A stretch of DNA of 64,000 bases from Bigelowiella natans CCMP2755. Its lineage: Eukaryota; Protista; Cercozoa. The notes below the pieces were generated by a model. That model ran no database searches. It worked only from the letters and a program-made list of their open reading frames with translations, and was not told the DNA's origin. The stretch is from NCBI GenBank assembly GCA_000320545.1, contig ADNK01000425.1, forward strand, positions 1 through 64,000, in the 5' to 3' direction. A program made the position numbers and the translations under genes. Positions 1-21,671 of this stretch are shown here, piece after piece (position 1 is the first letter of the stretch; the number at the start of each line of letters is the position of its first letter).

Positions 1-7960
<7,960 letters not shown>

Positions 7961-8364
7961 CTCAGCGCATCAATGCTCTCGCGATGAACGCAATACGTGA
8001 TGTAAATGAGGATCAGCTGATTAATTCGGTAATTAAATGAATCATTGAATGAATAAATATCATTGTCGAGGAATGAATTATAATGCATGTAGGGGTTTGT
8101 CAGATGCACTCATTTCTCATAGTACCACATTAATTCTTATATTCCAAAGCAACATTCGAAAAAACAACCAAAAATATTTATAATCGTCAAAACAGGACGG
8201 AAAGGATGGTGGTGATGGACCAGAGATTTCGTGGGAATCCGTCCAGCAATCTCTGAAAACATTTGAGTCTAACACTGGCATTGTTCTGGTAGGATTATCC
8301 CTATGAATTACTATTCTATGTCCTACTTCACCACGAAATTCGAGATGAATCACTTACATATATT

Positions 8365-8408
<44 letters not shown>

Positions 8409-8829
8409 ATGTAAGTAATATGTAGCCTGTTATTCTCTTCACAACCAAACAGGATCTTAAACACTTTCGATAACACTTAATTTTAAGGAGATTCTAGTAA
8501 AAATCAAAGAGCTCAAAATCATATTTTGTTCTCAAATATCAGTGGACCACAACAATAGTTTAATTTTTCAATCAAAAATTCAGGATGATATCAGTCAGCA
8601 CTGGATAGATGCTGGTAGAAAAGAAGGAAGCGATGAAGGGAAGAAGGAAGGAGAGAAGGACAAAAAAAAATGAGAATACGACGAAAAGTATGGCATTAAC
8701 AGATAAGACCGTGAATGTGAAGAACACAAGGATTTCACATTTTGGGAGAAATAACAGCCCGTAAGGAGCATCATGTCTGTGCTTGCGCGAGCGCATCTGA
8801 ATCATTCATTCTACATAATTCTTCTAACA

Positions 8830-9180
8830 CGCGCGGCAATTAACGGTGTTCGGTGCTCCAGCGCCATGCTAGCTAGCTAGCATCTAGCTAGCTAGGCACA
8901 TAATGCATAGCATCTCAATGTCTATATATGTCAGAGCTCAACGCTCCGCCGTACTGTTGTCCGCTGTTCACATCGCGAGCCCAAGATCGCTAGATCGCAG
9001 CATCGCAGAATGAATTGCTCTGCATGATCGCATAGCTACTTTAGGATGACAATTGAAAAGATTGAATCAACTCAATGCATCCATCTCATAGAGTGCCCAC
9101 ACATCACATCATGGTGCGAAGCTGCTGTACGCGTGCTCTATAGCTCTTTGTGTGACGCGCGGCGATGCGTAGTCTGTTAC
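8830..9180. other. Palindrome-rich intergenic block 1
   Basis: Dense CTAG/AGCT/GCATGC/CGATCG/GCGC words and few homopolymer runs; downstream of the PP2C 3' end. Confidence 0.6.
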
Positions 9181-9541
9181 ATCCGTGTTGTACATGACTA
9201 AAAGGCCAGGCGCTTTGTACAGAAATAATATTTCAGAAGCTCCAACAGGGCAAATCCGGAACCATCACATCTTACAGTTTCTTATTTACACTCTCATATC
9301 GTGCTTACGATGTGATGGTCATATATTCTGGAGTTTGAGGTTTCGGTCCCAAATTAATCAGCAAAAGATGATTCTAATTTGAACGATCTCGATCAAGCTT
9401 TACAACTATTTGTAATTACGTAATTACATTAACGGACGAGACAGATATTCCTGCCTTTATATATACAGATTCCGTCCGCTGGGATGAGGAGGAGGAGGTG
9501 GAGGAGGAGGTGGAGAGGGAGGAGGTAGTAGCGGAATTTGG

Positions 9542-11293
9542 TTATGATTTCGATTGCTGGGTGGTGTCAAGTGATGACCCACAATCCAACCCACACACAT
9601 CCACCACTACTACAGTTACATCGTCCAATTTCATGTGGGTATGTTTTTGGGTTTTCCAAACTGCTTCAGCCGCTAATCTATTTGCTGCTGCAGCTGGACA
9701 TCTAATTCTCTTCATCACTTTCCTCGTACGTTTGTTATCAAAAACTCTCCACATTCCATCCGAAGCAAGGACAAATCTAACGCGTTCCTCTCTCGCAACC
9801 TAAATATATCAAACCATACGATTTAATCAGCATTTGCCAGCAGAGGCGCAGAATACTTAACTTCAAACCTTTATTTCTTTAAACTCTGGGTCGGGAATTA
9901 TTGCCTTCGAATGCATACCATCGCCTATCGATCTGGTCATCATGAGGGAGAGGTTGTTCTTACGAGGCAAATCTTGGAAAACTGCGAAGGGACCGACAGC
10001 TAGGCCATCCTATAAATAAAAACTTCATCAATAGCTTGTAACAATATGTCTTGAATATTAATCACCGCTGTTTGTCTTCGCGTAATTATTGCACCCCCCC
10101 CATTCTGTTTCCCATACTCGATTATTCGTGCCTTTCAAGGGTAGGGTGTGTCATTTAGTTGAAGGAGGTGCCAGGGACATACCAGTAAATTCGAAAACGA
10201 TGCTACCTTTTCGCGTTCATCTATTGGGGAATGATCTCTTGATACATCCTGATAAGTTTCGAATCTTTCCCCTTTAAAGAGAGCCATTCTGCAGTCCCCT
10301 GCCCATGAGCATTGTACCAGACGCGAACCTACCATCAAACAGATATGATGACTATGCTATGATGATGCTCTCGAATGTACACCTTACCGTCTTCAGAATT
10401 CGTGACCCACATGTTCAGTGCACAACTCCCGCTGCTGAATTCTTCTTTAAGAGACAATTTATTGAGCTCCTTATATGTTGCTGTTATGCAGCTCTCGGGA
10501 ACTGAGGAAGCAACCAACACATGTATCATTTAAATTTACCTCGGTGTGTGAGAATTCATAGTAGAAGAGGTCAATAAACCTTTTCGGAGTTTATTATCTT
10601 TCCGGGAACCTTTAACAGCATCAGCGACCTTCTTTATAACCCCTGGTATGCACTTCTCCTGTAGAATGTTCGCCACTCCTTTGCCTCCATGACCATCATA
10701 GATTCCCACACTAAATATATCTCCGGACTGCTCATTCGCCTTGTCTAAGGATTTCACTAATCCTGTTTCTGTGGATCCAATGCCTATCGCATATCTGTCC
10801 TCATCCTTGCGTGCAGGGATCTACGTAGAAGATGAGAATTTGAATCAAACAGCGTAGCGGAGAAAATATATCGTCACGTTTAAAAAAATTACATACAAGA
10901 ATATTTGCCCAAAATTACCTGACAAACGGCACATCTAACTCCGATGTGGCTGGCGTTGCCCCCGCCCTCTCTGCAGAAGACGATATCGGTATCGGCCGAA
11001 CACGAGGCCAGCCCCCCCATTCCAGCGTTTGTCCACAGTTGAACAGCTTATTGGGCTCAACATTGTAATTTTACCCAAACTACAGTTGAATACGTGGCAC
11101 TGTGAATTTTGTGCCGATGTATAAAATATAGGTCATTATCATCAATATTAAGCCGGAAAAACATGACGCAAGTAATAAATAACTAATGCAAAGAAGTTCA
11201 TATTAGCTCTTCTTCTCCCATGACTTTTCGCTCAATTTTGTTTTCAAGATTACGAAGTAAGATGGCATATATCTTAAAATCTTGCAAATTCAT
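9542..11293 (-). CDS. PP2C (PPM)-family protein phosphatase, multi-exon
   Basis: KDEDRY, GIYDGHGG, SGSCA, SWAGDCRM, SRDHSP, MTRSIGD, LASDGMW and KLDDVTVVVVD motifs in order across spliced exons. Stop at 9542; start (11293) tentative. Confidence 0.9.
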
Positions 11294-11452
11294 CGAAATA
11301 AGTAAAAAAATCCTCTACGAACAGCTCATCGCGAAAAGCTCGAGTATTAAATCAAAAACTATGGAAATGCTTATGAGACTCTGGATTTGTTGATGAAAAC
11401 AACAATAACAACAACTTCTAGACAATGAGTTGATTTGAAAACCTTCCTGCAC

Positions 11453-11520
11453 TATCACTTCGGTGTAACAACATAGCTGGGAAGTCAAGGGCGCGAACAG
11501 AATAACTAACTAACTAACTA
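11453..11520 (+). mobile_element. Dispersed retroposon-like 3' tail, copy B
   Basis: ATCACTTCGGTGTAACAACATAGCTGGGAAGTCAAGGGCGCGAACAGAATAACTAACTAACTAACTA. Confidence 0.65.
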
Positions 11521-11941
11521 ATGATATATTTTGACATGATGGCATTGTTGTTTTCTCTGCATCAAATTACATAGAAAATTTTGGACAATGAAATATGCGA
11601 AATAATTAATAAAATATTCTGGGAAATCCTAATAGGAGCTCGCAAGTAGGAACGGAACTAAATTTATTTGATATCTATTCGAGAGTAAGTCAACATAGAT
11701 TTTTCCTTCGTTATTATTGTTATTATTGTTATTCTTGTACATATAGTATTGGTAGATGTAGTAGTAGTTTTGACAGTATAAAAAAGACTAAAAAAATACC
11801 CCAACAAGGAGAGAGGAGGAGTTGAGGAGGAGGAGGAGCAGAGAAAGTAAAAAGAACGAACGAGTACCCTACCCTACCCGTCTACAATCCTCAGGAACTG
11901 AGAAAATAGAAAGAGGCTAAGGAGGAAATAGAACCAAAACA

Positions 11942-13815
11942 ATGCTCTCGAACGCGACTGCGGTAACAGGGTATCTACACCCTGCCTTCATCCTCCTGCT
12001 TCTTGGTGATTCACACTCGGAAAAATATCGGAGTTGTAAAAGTTTGATACTCATAAGGCATTCTTTAAACAAAAGGAGCATCTTGGGGAGGTATGGCCGT
12101 ATTTCTCGGTGTGATCTTAGTAATTATTGGTCTCGACTTCGTTGTCCGTGTGCTATATTACACTCCTGCTCAACCTGTGCTTCCGAAAGGTTTACGAAGA
12201 AGACAAACACGCATTTGTTTAAAGTATTTTAACATAACTTTTTATCGGAGTAAGACGGAGACGTCGCTCTAATTACAGGAGCATCAAGAGGAATTGGGGT
12301 ATAACAATTCAAAATTCTAATCAAGCCCAAGTTAAAATTCATTTTCTATAGAAAGAAATCGCAATTGTTCTGGCTAGGGATCACAAGTTTGATGTGGTCC
12401 TTGTTGCACGTTCGAAGAGCGAAATTTCTGTTCTGGCAGATGATCTTGAGGTATATAACTTTCCAAGAACGATGAAATGATTTGATTTGCACGATTAATA
12501 ACACATCGTGTGGTAAAATTTTAGAAAAAATACAACGTAAAGGCCTATGCGATAGTATCAGATCTTTCAAATGAATCTGGAATCACGTCCTTAATGGAGA
12601 AGTATCAAATTTTACGTTGTATTACTTCGGATCAAAAACAAATTCTTCTTCTAGGTTGAAGAGGAGCAAGTTGTTTGTGTCTTTACTTGTTAATAATGCA
12701 GGTAAAAACCAATATATCACCGAAGTTCAGCTTATCTTACAAATATAGAATAAAGCCACACATTGCATCGCATACATTGAATAGCGCTATAATTTTATGG
12801 TGTGTCTTTTCCTGAATTATCAGGAGTAGCAGACCGGAATCATTTTGTGAGTCAATCGAAGAAAAAAATAGACTTAATGATGTCCCTCAATGTAATTTGT
12901 AATTAGTAGTTTTTGAATTCCGCCAAAAAATTTCAATATTTATCACAGGTAGTAGGAACCACAATAATGACGAAAGCCTTTCTTCCTCCGTAATTTTCAT
13001 TCGAACCCCTGTAAAGAAATTAATGATTCTATTGTATAAAAATCATAGAATGGTTGAGAGAGGCTATGGAAGAGTTCTGTTCGTATCAAGTGCAATTGGA
13101 ATATCAGGACAAGTAAGTGGCACTGTTCAATCTATTCACCGTTATTATTAATTTGATTGGAATACATCGATCAGCCAACTCAGGCAGTGTATTCATCTAC
13201 GAAGGCCTTTGTGTCAACTTTTTGGTATTTTTCTTTACCTCCTCTCCTATCATCTAATGCGTTGTTGCGTGATTAGGCGGACAACTTTTCCATATGAGTG
13301 AGTTTCATGATAATGATTTGATCTCACAATTTATACCCTATTAATTGCCAAACAGTTCAAGTTTGCGTTTCGAGCTTCGTGACACAGGAGTGCGAGTATC
13401 TTGCCTGAACCCAGGAGCCACAATAACATCATTTGCGAAGGTTGTTGGCCCTTATGACAACAATGACAACTTGGAATCATTTTTGTTGTTAATCGGTGTC
13501 TTAAGGAATCTCGAATAACAAGTTCGTTGATATTTACGTTACCAACATTACAATCGAAAGCAGATGCAGTGGTAAAAAACACAGAATCTTATACAGAATA
13601 GGCCCTGTCTAACTTTCACGGTAACGTTCTACAGGCACGTGCTGGCGTCGAAGCAATGCTGTACGGGCAATCGTGGGCTATTACAGGCACAGTTTAACGA
13701 GTAATTGCTGGATGATGTCAAAATTCTTGGATATATTTCAGGTTGGTTCTCACATCTAGTTTGGTTTTGTGGATGGCTTCTTCCGGAGGATCTCGTTTCT
13801 TGGTTACCACCTTAA
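11942..13815 (+). CDS. Short-chain dehydrogenase/reductase (classical SDR) with hydrophobic N-terminus, multi-exon
   Basis: VALITGASRGIG (TGxxxGxG), LLVNNAG, LFVSS, catalytic YSSTK (YxxxK) and VSCLNPG; hydrophobic N-terminal segments; stop TAA at 13813-13815. Confidence 0.92.
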
Positions 13816-14079
13816 TGCCATGTAGCTAATGTTACATCACACACATATTTTGTTGCTAATAGGATTGCCATGATTTTTTGGTGTGATCTGGGCGATGCAA
13901 TCGATATGGTGTTAATGAGAAAGAAAAGAAGAGTTTGCATGGAAAAGAAAAATTGAGATGCATTTAGCTATGAAGCACTCAAATGATAGGTGCAATTTTA
14001 TCAAATATAGCATCGTACGAAATAAACATGCACTTTGTTTCTCACATTACAACTCGGCTGATGAACGAGGCTTTAAGAT

Positions 14080-15000
14080 CGCACGTGCCGTGCATGTGCC
14101 ACATCGTAGATCGTATCATAGAATATTAGAGATTTAATGCATTGAGTTCAACTACATAGTATACAGTCGGCAACAATCCAGCAATGCACAATATACACTT
14201 ATCACTTGCTGCAGGTTGTCTGTATAGCTGCCCAGCTCTGCATGCACGCTACGCTGTCGCAACATGCGCATGTACGTACATGCACGCGCTAAGTGCATTG
14301 TTAATGTGTGTCACGTTTACGTCGCAAAGCTCTAGAAAGGCTGTCAAGCGCCGCGCACGGTGCAATGTGTGTATATGTGCATGCGGTTGACGATCGTATC
14401 GCTGCAGGAACATCACATACTGCATGTGTGACAATTCTGCCAGCGCGCCAGACTTGCGCTGCAGCAAGTGATCGAAGTAAATGTGAACGCTGCAGAACGC
14501 TGCGGCGGGTGCACCACCGATAGCGATTGCTCGCGCGCTTAGTCGCTGGCTGCGCTTTTCACACACCAAGGTACGCACGCGCTGTGATGCACGTAAGCGT
14601 GCACATGCGCACACAGCGTGCGTGCGAAGACGCACATGCGATGCACCATGTCAGTCATTGTGGACCATTAATAATTAGACTACATCACGCGATGACTAGC
14701 ATAGACATGATGCCGACTAGCCGAGTGAGTCCTTTATTTGTTGCGGCAATAATATTGAATAAGCGCTGGAAACGTTAGCTTCAATGCAGGCTGCACCTGC
14801 GCCCGGCGATCGCGATTTGCGTGACCTGTGCTGACTCTGTGGACGCTACCGGTTCACACGAACAATGGACACATGCTGTTGCACGCATTGCATTCTGTGC
14901 TTTTAGTCCTCCCGTGTTCAGTCACACATTGCAAGATGAGAATCGTATCAATTGCAAATGAAGTTAATGCAAGCTGCATGCGGACGTGTATGACTTGCTA
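14080..15000. other. Palindrome-rich intergenic block 2
   Basis: TGCA/GCATGC/GCGC/CACGTG-rich stretch between the convergent SDR and NEK 3' ends. Confidence 0.65.
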
Positions 15001-15174
15001 TGTAAGTACACTCGGCCCGTTCATCCAACACAGGGATGTTACTCGTTGATTTTGTTTTGCATAGAATTGATAAAGGTGCTTGTCTTCCAGAAAGGCATAA
15101 TGATTGCTTATAATGTCCGATTTGACACTTGCCATAACCAATGAATGTAGTGTGCATGAATCCTGGACTGAAAC

Positions 15175-17424
15175 CTACTTCCTGAAAAAACTTTGCTCCA
15201 TGAAATGCAAATGATCTAGCATATTAAATGACCTAACAACGTTGACATTACGTCTGCGAACGAGGGGTCCCAAAATTTTGGTGAATTCATCAATAATTTT
15301 CGACGTGCCCATGTGTGCTAACTTTGCATCAGTATGCACCCGTTTTACAAAAGAATATCCTTCTTGAAATCCCTGTTCTCCCAGATCTTGAATGCAGAGT
15401 CTTCTCTCAGCCTGAACTGCCTCGCGCATGTTTAGCTGCGGTGGCGCTGAATCGGAATCCTCCTCGCTCGAATCTGAGTCATCATATGAGAGGCAAAAAC
15501 TTGCAGTTTGATTATGAATTTCGCCATCCTCTGTCTCATCTTCCTCGTCTCCATCCACGTTAAGTTCAACCTCAACATGAGTCTGTCCCATGGTGCGTTT
15601 CAATTCCATAAGATCTTCTCGTCTCTGTAGGATTGCCTTTTCATACTCTGCCTCATTTTTTAACTTCTCTTCTATCATTTCCTCGTCAGTCTCTTCATCT
15701 CCTTCATGTTCGCTATGTTCTGGACTTCCATGATGTCTGTATTGCAATTTTGCTCGATTTTCTGCAATTTTGTTCTCAACCTTCAGCTGCTGGCGCGCCA
15801 TTTCCAGAGCCTTTTCTCTCTCGGCTTGTTCAGCAGCAAGTCTCATCTTTTTTTTGTGTAATACTCTTTCCTTCGGGGTCATTCTGCTCAAACCTGAATC
15901 ATCCCCTGAAGTAGATTTGACTGATACCTTCCTGCCGCCCTTCGAGCGTACATCCTTACCTATCAGATTCTCGATGAACTCGCCAGCACGCTTAAGATTA
16001 GCAAGGTCGTGACCGTGGTCCTTCATATTCTCTTCTAACACTTTACGATGTTCATCCATTACGCTCTTCTTTTGTCGTGTTTTTTTTTTGGTTACAGGAA
16101 TCGCGAGTGAGACGTTTCTCCTTTGATCGATTTGTTTCTGCTGGCGCCTTTTTTCAACATCTCTATGCCCTCTAAGTCTATCTTCTCTGAGTTGTTTTTC
16201 TCTTTCCCTTCTTGCTTTATGCTCAATTAGAGCTTCTCTTCGTCTCCGTGCATCCTCGAGTTTCTTCCTTTGTCTGATTTCCGCAGGAGTGGACTTTCTT
16301 TTAACAACTTTGGCGCGCCTCTGATCCCGTTGTTTCCGTTCCTTCAGTCTTTGTGCCATTCGATGATTTTCTTCTTTATATTTTTTGAAAGCTTCCTCAA
16401 GTCTATTCTGTGCTTCTTCTTGCTCATGTAATTGAGATTGGTGTTCCTTCCATTTTTTTTGCATAGCTTCGCCTTGAGAAACTAGTTTTTCAGCTGTTTT
16501 TTTTTGCTTCGCTTCAATCTCTTGTAGAATTTTTTCCATGCCCAATTTACTCAGCTGCTCTCGGCAATGATTCAAATTCAATTTTTTCCTCTTATTCTCC
16601 CCTGTTTCTCTGAACACCTTCGATAAGTATATTTTCAGTCTTTTTTGTACGATTTTTTCTTTGAGAATTCTTTTGATAGAAGGTCTCCGCTTTGCGTTAA
16701 TGTTTAACATAGCTTTTACAAGGTCTCTTAACGTCCTTGAATAGGTGGAGGAGATTGGTGGATACTTACCCAGCCGGATTTTCATTGCGAGTCCATTCAA
16801 ATTATTTGCATCAAAAGCGTGCTTTAATGTTGCCATTTCATAGAGGACACACCCTAATGCCCAAATGTCAGACTTGAAATTATACTTTTTGTTATCAAAA
16901 AGTTCGGGTGACATGTAGTAAGGAGTTCCAATGCAAGTCTGAGCGAATGCAGATGTAGAATCCAGCACTTTAGAGATTCCAAAATCCCCTAGCTGGACCA
17001 TTCCATCTTTCAGGAAAATGTTTTGAGATTTGAGGTCGCGATGAAGAATGTTGCGTGTATGCACAAAGTGAAGTGCAAGAGTAATCTGAACAAATAGATT
17101 GATGATGTCCTTCTCTGGAAGGTGTCTTCCACGCCTTTTCTTCAAAAAAGAGGTCAGATCGCCGCCCTCGCAATATCCCATCACAATGCATAAGTTCCTT
17201 TGATCTAGCGTTATAAACGATTCAACATACTCCACAATTCCCGGGTGAGCCAGTTCGGAGAGGAGTTGGACTTCAAGTTGAAAGCTTTGCATCTCTTTTT
17301 TTGGAACATTCACGAGTCTCATTTTCTTCATCACATAGTTCTCCTTAGTTTTCTTGCGTTGGCATAGAAAAACTTCCCCAAAAGAACCCTTCCCTATCAT
17401 CTTTCCACAACTGTAGGCCTCCAT
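15175..17424 (-). CDS. NEK: NIMA-related (NEK1/NEK4-like) Ser/Thr kinase with long coiled-coil C-terminus; intronless
   Basis: GKGSFG, VMKK, HRDLKSQNIFL, DFGISK, CIGTPYYMSPE and KSDIWALGC motifs. The ORF track starts at 17547, but Met at 17424 (MEAYSCGK) opens the kinase domain directly. Confidence 0.95.
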   Translation of the reverse strand: MEAYSCGKMIGKGSFGEVFLCQRKKTKENYVMKKMRLVNVPKKEMQSFQLEVQLLSELAHPGIVEYVESFITLDQRNLCIVMGYCEGGDLTSFLKKRRGRHLPEKDIINLFVQITLALHFVHTRNILHRDLKSQNIFLKDGMVQLGDFGISKVLDSTSAFAQTCIGTPYYMSPELFDNKKYNFKSDIWALGCVLYEMATLKHAFDANNLNGLAMKIRLGKYPPISSTYSRTLRDLVKAMLNINAKRRPSIKRILKEKIVQKRLKIYLSKVFRETGENKRKKLNLNHCREQLSKLGMEKILQEIEAKQKKTAEKLVSQGEAMQKKWKEHQSQLHEQEEAQNRLEEAFKKYKEENHRMAQRLKERKQRDQRRAKVVKRKSTPAEIRQRKKLEDARRRREALIEHKARREREKQLREDRLRGHRDVEKRRQQKQIDQRRNVSLAIPVTKKKTRQKKSVMDEHRKVLEENMKDHGHDLANLKRAGEFIENLIGKDVRSKGGRKVSVKSTSGDDSGLSRMTPKERVLHKKKMRLAAEQAEREKALEMARQQLKVENKIAENRAKLQYRHHGSPEHSEHEGDEETDEEMIEEKLKNEAEYEKAILQRREDLMELKRTMGQTHVEVELNVDGDEEDETEDGEIHNQTASFCLSYDDSDSSEEDSDSAPPQLNMREAVQAERRLCIQDLGEQGFQEGYSFVKRVHTDAKLAHMGTSKIIDEFTKILGPLVRRRNVNVVRSFNMLDHLHFMEQSFFRK

Positions 17425-18025
17425 TATTGAAGGATAAAATCGACGCAGCACTTTACGTGCAAGGAAAATGAGATGGAGGAGGAGGAAACTAGAAAATACT
17501 CGAGTAGACAGACAATAAAAGACTGTTCTCGTTTGTGTGAGTTTCAAATGTCACTCAGATCAAAGGAATGTAGATTGCTGCGGGTTAAATTTAGTAACTG
17601 TGGCTTATTTTTGCGTAAAGATGACCATTAACTAATAATTACAGCGGAATTTTTGGTATCTCTTTTCACCAAATGTATCTTCCCATGTCTGAGATGAGAA
17701 TTGGATGGATATTATCCTGTTAGCGTGTGGAAATCGTCATTCGTTTACCAAAAACGACATCATTTTTTCCAAACTTCGAATACAGATTTATTCATTGTCG
17801 TCACATTGAAATGTATTGTAATTGAATTAAATTTATGTGCTCTAATAAAGCTGCTACTCTTCCCTCCTCGTCTCCTACGATATCGTAGGCCAGCTTAAGA
17901 GAAGGATCAGGTGAGAGGGTGAGGAGGGTGGGAGATTCATATGACGACGACGACGATGACGATGATGACGATGATGACGACGATGACGACGACGATCTTG
18001 CTTAACACTAATAAAAATATAACAG
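17425..18025. promoter_or_regulatory. Probable bidirectional promoter region between NEK and WDR83
   Basis: About 600 bp between two head-to-head start codons; position only, no motif identified. Confidence 0.4.
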
Positions 18026-19131
18026 ATGTCACAGCCAAGTCGTCAGGGAAATGGCAATAATAGGAAACAAGCTCGAGGCCGTGCCAGGATCCCTTACAAA
18101 TGCGGAATGACTCTGAAGGTGCGCATGGGTGATCGCCCTGCGCGAGGAAATATTTTACTACAGAAGAATTATTCGTTGGTGTGAATATCCAATCTTCCTC
18201 GGCCTTGAGAGTAGTAGTGTTGGTCTTCCACTCTAATAATTTCCTCCTCCCTCCTCCTCCGGCCAATGTTAATTCTTGTTTCAGGGACACAAGGGTGCTG
18301 TCACAGTTGCCAAGTTCAACTCCGACGGTATCGCGTAGAAAGAAGGAACACCTTTATATAAAGGGGAAAGAGGGGAGGAGGAGGAGGAGGAAACTGTATA
18401 AAGGGCCTTCGGCTTTAGTCAATCAATGAAAATTCTCGGCGAATTTTATTTGTATCTGTATGCTTATGCGAAGGGAAGTATTGCTTGACCGGAGGCAAGG
18501 ATAGAAATGTCATTCTCTGGAATCCAACTGAAGGTTAAAAGTGTGATGCTTCGCTCAAACCAATGAAATACACCCCATGTAAGATCTAACACTGACACTT
18601 TTATCTGCTGCAGGAACCCAGATTAAAAATTACGATGGCTACCATGGCTACGAGGTAGCTGAAGAAGAAGAAACCCTCTTTCCCTTTTTTGCGCGCCAGG
18701 AGCTTCATTCATTCACACGTTTGCACCATCACCTTTAGATTTTGGATATTTGTGTGCGAAAAGACAACGCAGAGTTTGCGTCTTGTGGAGGTAGTAGTAG
18801 TAATTTATTGAACGGTGGGTTAGGGAAGGAAAAGTCGAACCAAAAAGATGACGATTAGTTTTGGAATATCATCGATGGATCAGACATTTGGCGTGTTTCA
18901 ACGAATTTTTTTGTTTAGAGGGCTAAGTATTGTAGCTTGATTTTGAAGAAGAAATTGCAGTATTATGTAGCAAGCTATACCCCTTTTTCATAGTGGAAAG
19001 GATACAGGAGAACCTCCATGACGATTAATTACACTTGTCAAGATTGCTCCATCATTGATGTTGACACTATGTTAAAAGGTGATAGAACAGCGTTTTTGGT
19101 GGATGTGACAACTGGGGCAGTCAAACGAAGG

Positions 19132-19168
<37 letters not shown>

Positions 19169-19979
19169 ACAGCACCTCTTTTGAAGTTGCATCATTACCT
19201 GACCCAACTATGCTAAAGGATGTTGTTTATTCGTCTCTCCTTCCGTTTATTGTTGCCTTTTAGATTCAAAAATGCACATGAGCGTCGAATTAATGCTTGT
19301 GCATATAATAAGGTAAAATGCAAATTAAGAATAAGAAGAAATTAGTGATCATTCAACAACTATGAAGGAAAGAAGGAGGGGGGAAGTATAAATGGTTATA
19401 ATGTGCACCACATTAGGACGCTACAGTACTGTTTACAGCCTCGGACGACGAATCGATTTGCGCTTGGGACTTAAAGTATTGAATAATAAAGTGTAATGGG
19501 TTCCTAGTAATAATAAGGGGAGGGACACTGTGTAGTCGTCGTCATACATTAGCTATTATTTACGACACATTATCCCATGAAAGCAGAAGGCCGATAATTT
19601 ATGTGTGGGGAGGAGGAGACGTCATTTTCATGACAACAAACAAATGCATAGGTCCCGAAATTTCAAGCCAATTCAGAAAATTGAGAATGAGTTCAAAGAT
19701 AGCGTCAGTGCCCTTGTCGTTCTCGATGAGGTATGTATCATACAGAGAATAGTACTTCCGCACAGAAATTATTAGTTGTTTCCGGAGCAGTCGAGCTACA
19801 TGATGATGAGATCAATTACCCATGGAATAATATCTTTTACAGTTGATCATCGCAGCAGGGGTTGATGGTTCCGTAAGACAATTTGACGTGAGAATGGGAG
19901 AGGTATCTTTTTAAACATACGGTGAAGTTTCGAAACACCATTTCTACACAGTCATTAAGTACTACAAAATATATACATG

Positions 19980-20023
<44 letters not shown>

Positions 20024-20524
20024 GGGGCAATAATATTTTCCTTTTAGTGGATTAAGTATCTTTGCATCATCATCGTTTCATCATGATGGATCCATCCCCA
20101 AAGAGAATATTGACATTTTCCTTTTCCAGGTGACTGTTGACTACGTAGGAGAGGCTTTGAGTACAATGTCTTTGTCAAATGATGAACAGTGCGTGCTCCT
20201 TGGTTGTTTAGATAATGAGGTAATAACCATTATATGATTGTCCAATTGATTGTTCTTCTAACGTAGTAAATGTATCTGTTGTCCCCCCCATTCACCCCCT
20301 CTTCAGTTACGTTTGTTCGATCGATCCTCTGGAGAACTTCTCAGTTCGTATAGAGGTGACTATCATGCAGCTAACTACAAAACTACTACAAGGACTAATT
20401 TCAGTAATGATTATTTTTCAGGCCATAAGCATCACCAATATCGTATCGGAAATTGTCTAACGAACGATGACGCTTTTGTTGTGGGAGGGAGTGAGGATGG
20501 AAAGGTAAAGCGAATAAATTATGG

Positions 20525-20594
<70 letters not shown>

Positions 20595-20850
20595 ATTTAT
20601 ATATTTATATATTAAGAGTGCAATACGACTAGGTATATTTCTGGAATCTTGTTGAAGGCAATGTGATCCATAAGTTTGATGCTCATTATCGGGCTATATC
20701 TTGCATATCATATCATCCCCGGTAGACCATAAGTTATTAAATATGATTTTCCTGGATCACATTAAAGATTGTGAAATATTTCATTTGTGCAGATCAATTT
20801 CTATGTTAACGGCGTCTGCAGACGGCATGGTGAAGCTCTGGACGACATGA
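18026..20850 (+). CDS. WDR83: WD40-repeat protein WDR83/MORG1, multi-exon
   Basis: Spliced reading GHKGAVTVAKFNSDG/KYCLTGGKDRNVILWNP/YHGYEV/.../GVDGSVRQFDVRMG/DYVGE/LRLFDRSSGELL/GSEDGK/VYFWNLVEG follows WDR83 colinearly; stop TGA ending at 20850. Confidence 0.92.
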
Positions 20851-20939
20851 AAATGTTATTACTACTAGGAACAACATTGAAGATCACACAGGAATGTAGG
20901 CTAGTATAGACATTATTCATTAGTTGTGTAGCGAACTGT

Positions 20940-21638
20940 ATTCGTCAAATCCAAACAGTCGTCATGCAGGTGTCGACGACGCTCGGCTGGGGGGGTGAAT
21001 GATGACCCTGGAATTTTACGACAGTATGACGACGCACGAAGGAAGGAAAACACGCATGGAAAAGATGGCTGATTATATAGATGATTTGGGAATTGAAATG
21101 CCTGGCGAATGTGAATATGATTGGTGCAAAGAAGAAAGGGTGCACATTTCCAGTTGAATGCACGACATGCTACATGTAGCATGCCAGCATGTGACAACAA
21201 CGTGAGCACACGTACGTGCATGTGCATGATGAAGATTGACATGCGATGAGAAGGCAAACACGAACTGCTCAGTGCTGTGCGAAATGCGCGCGCGACATTC
21301 CAGACCGAAACAACGTGCATTTGCATGATTGCACGAAACACATCATGGCGGAAACCAACACGTCACAAACAGATTGAACACCATGCAGCGTTGTCTAGCT
21401 AGCTGTGGCCGCTGCATTGCATGGCTGCATGAATGAAGATGACCATTTGTCAAGTTTGATTGCTTGATGATTGCATCTGTGTTGTCTAGTTGTGCATGCG
21501 ACAACAATGGACAACATGTGCCTGCAATCATGGTCACATGCACACCTGAGGCGGACAAGCGGTGTGTGTGATCATGTGCACACTGGGCACACCTGCCATG
21601 GCTAGCGACATGCAAGTGTGTTGTGTATTGTGTGTGTA

Positions 21639-21671
<33 letters not shown>

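Noticed and set aside
8200-8260. RLLDGFPRN, resembling the adenylate kinase LDGFPR motif (minus strand)
   Set aside because: All three frames are open locally and I found no P-loop or other AK motifs nearby; likely coincidence.
14184-14778. Overlapping 60-180 aa ORFs rich in C/H/A/M/V on both strands (also at 20913-22270, 28102-28942 and 47826-48675)
   Set aside because: These arise from the stop-poor palindromic and dinucleotide composition of the intergenic blocks; there are no domain motifs or splice logic.
14080-15000. Z-DNA as the explanation for the alternating purine-pyrimidine blocks
   Set aside because: Convergent transcription builds positive supercoils, which disfavour Z-DNA, and many of the enriched words (CTAG, AGCT, GATC) are not alternating; not supported as the main function.
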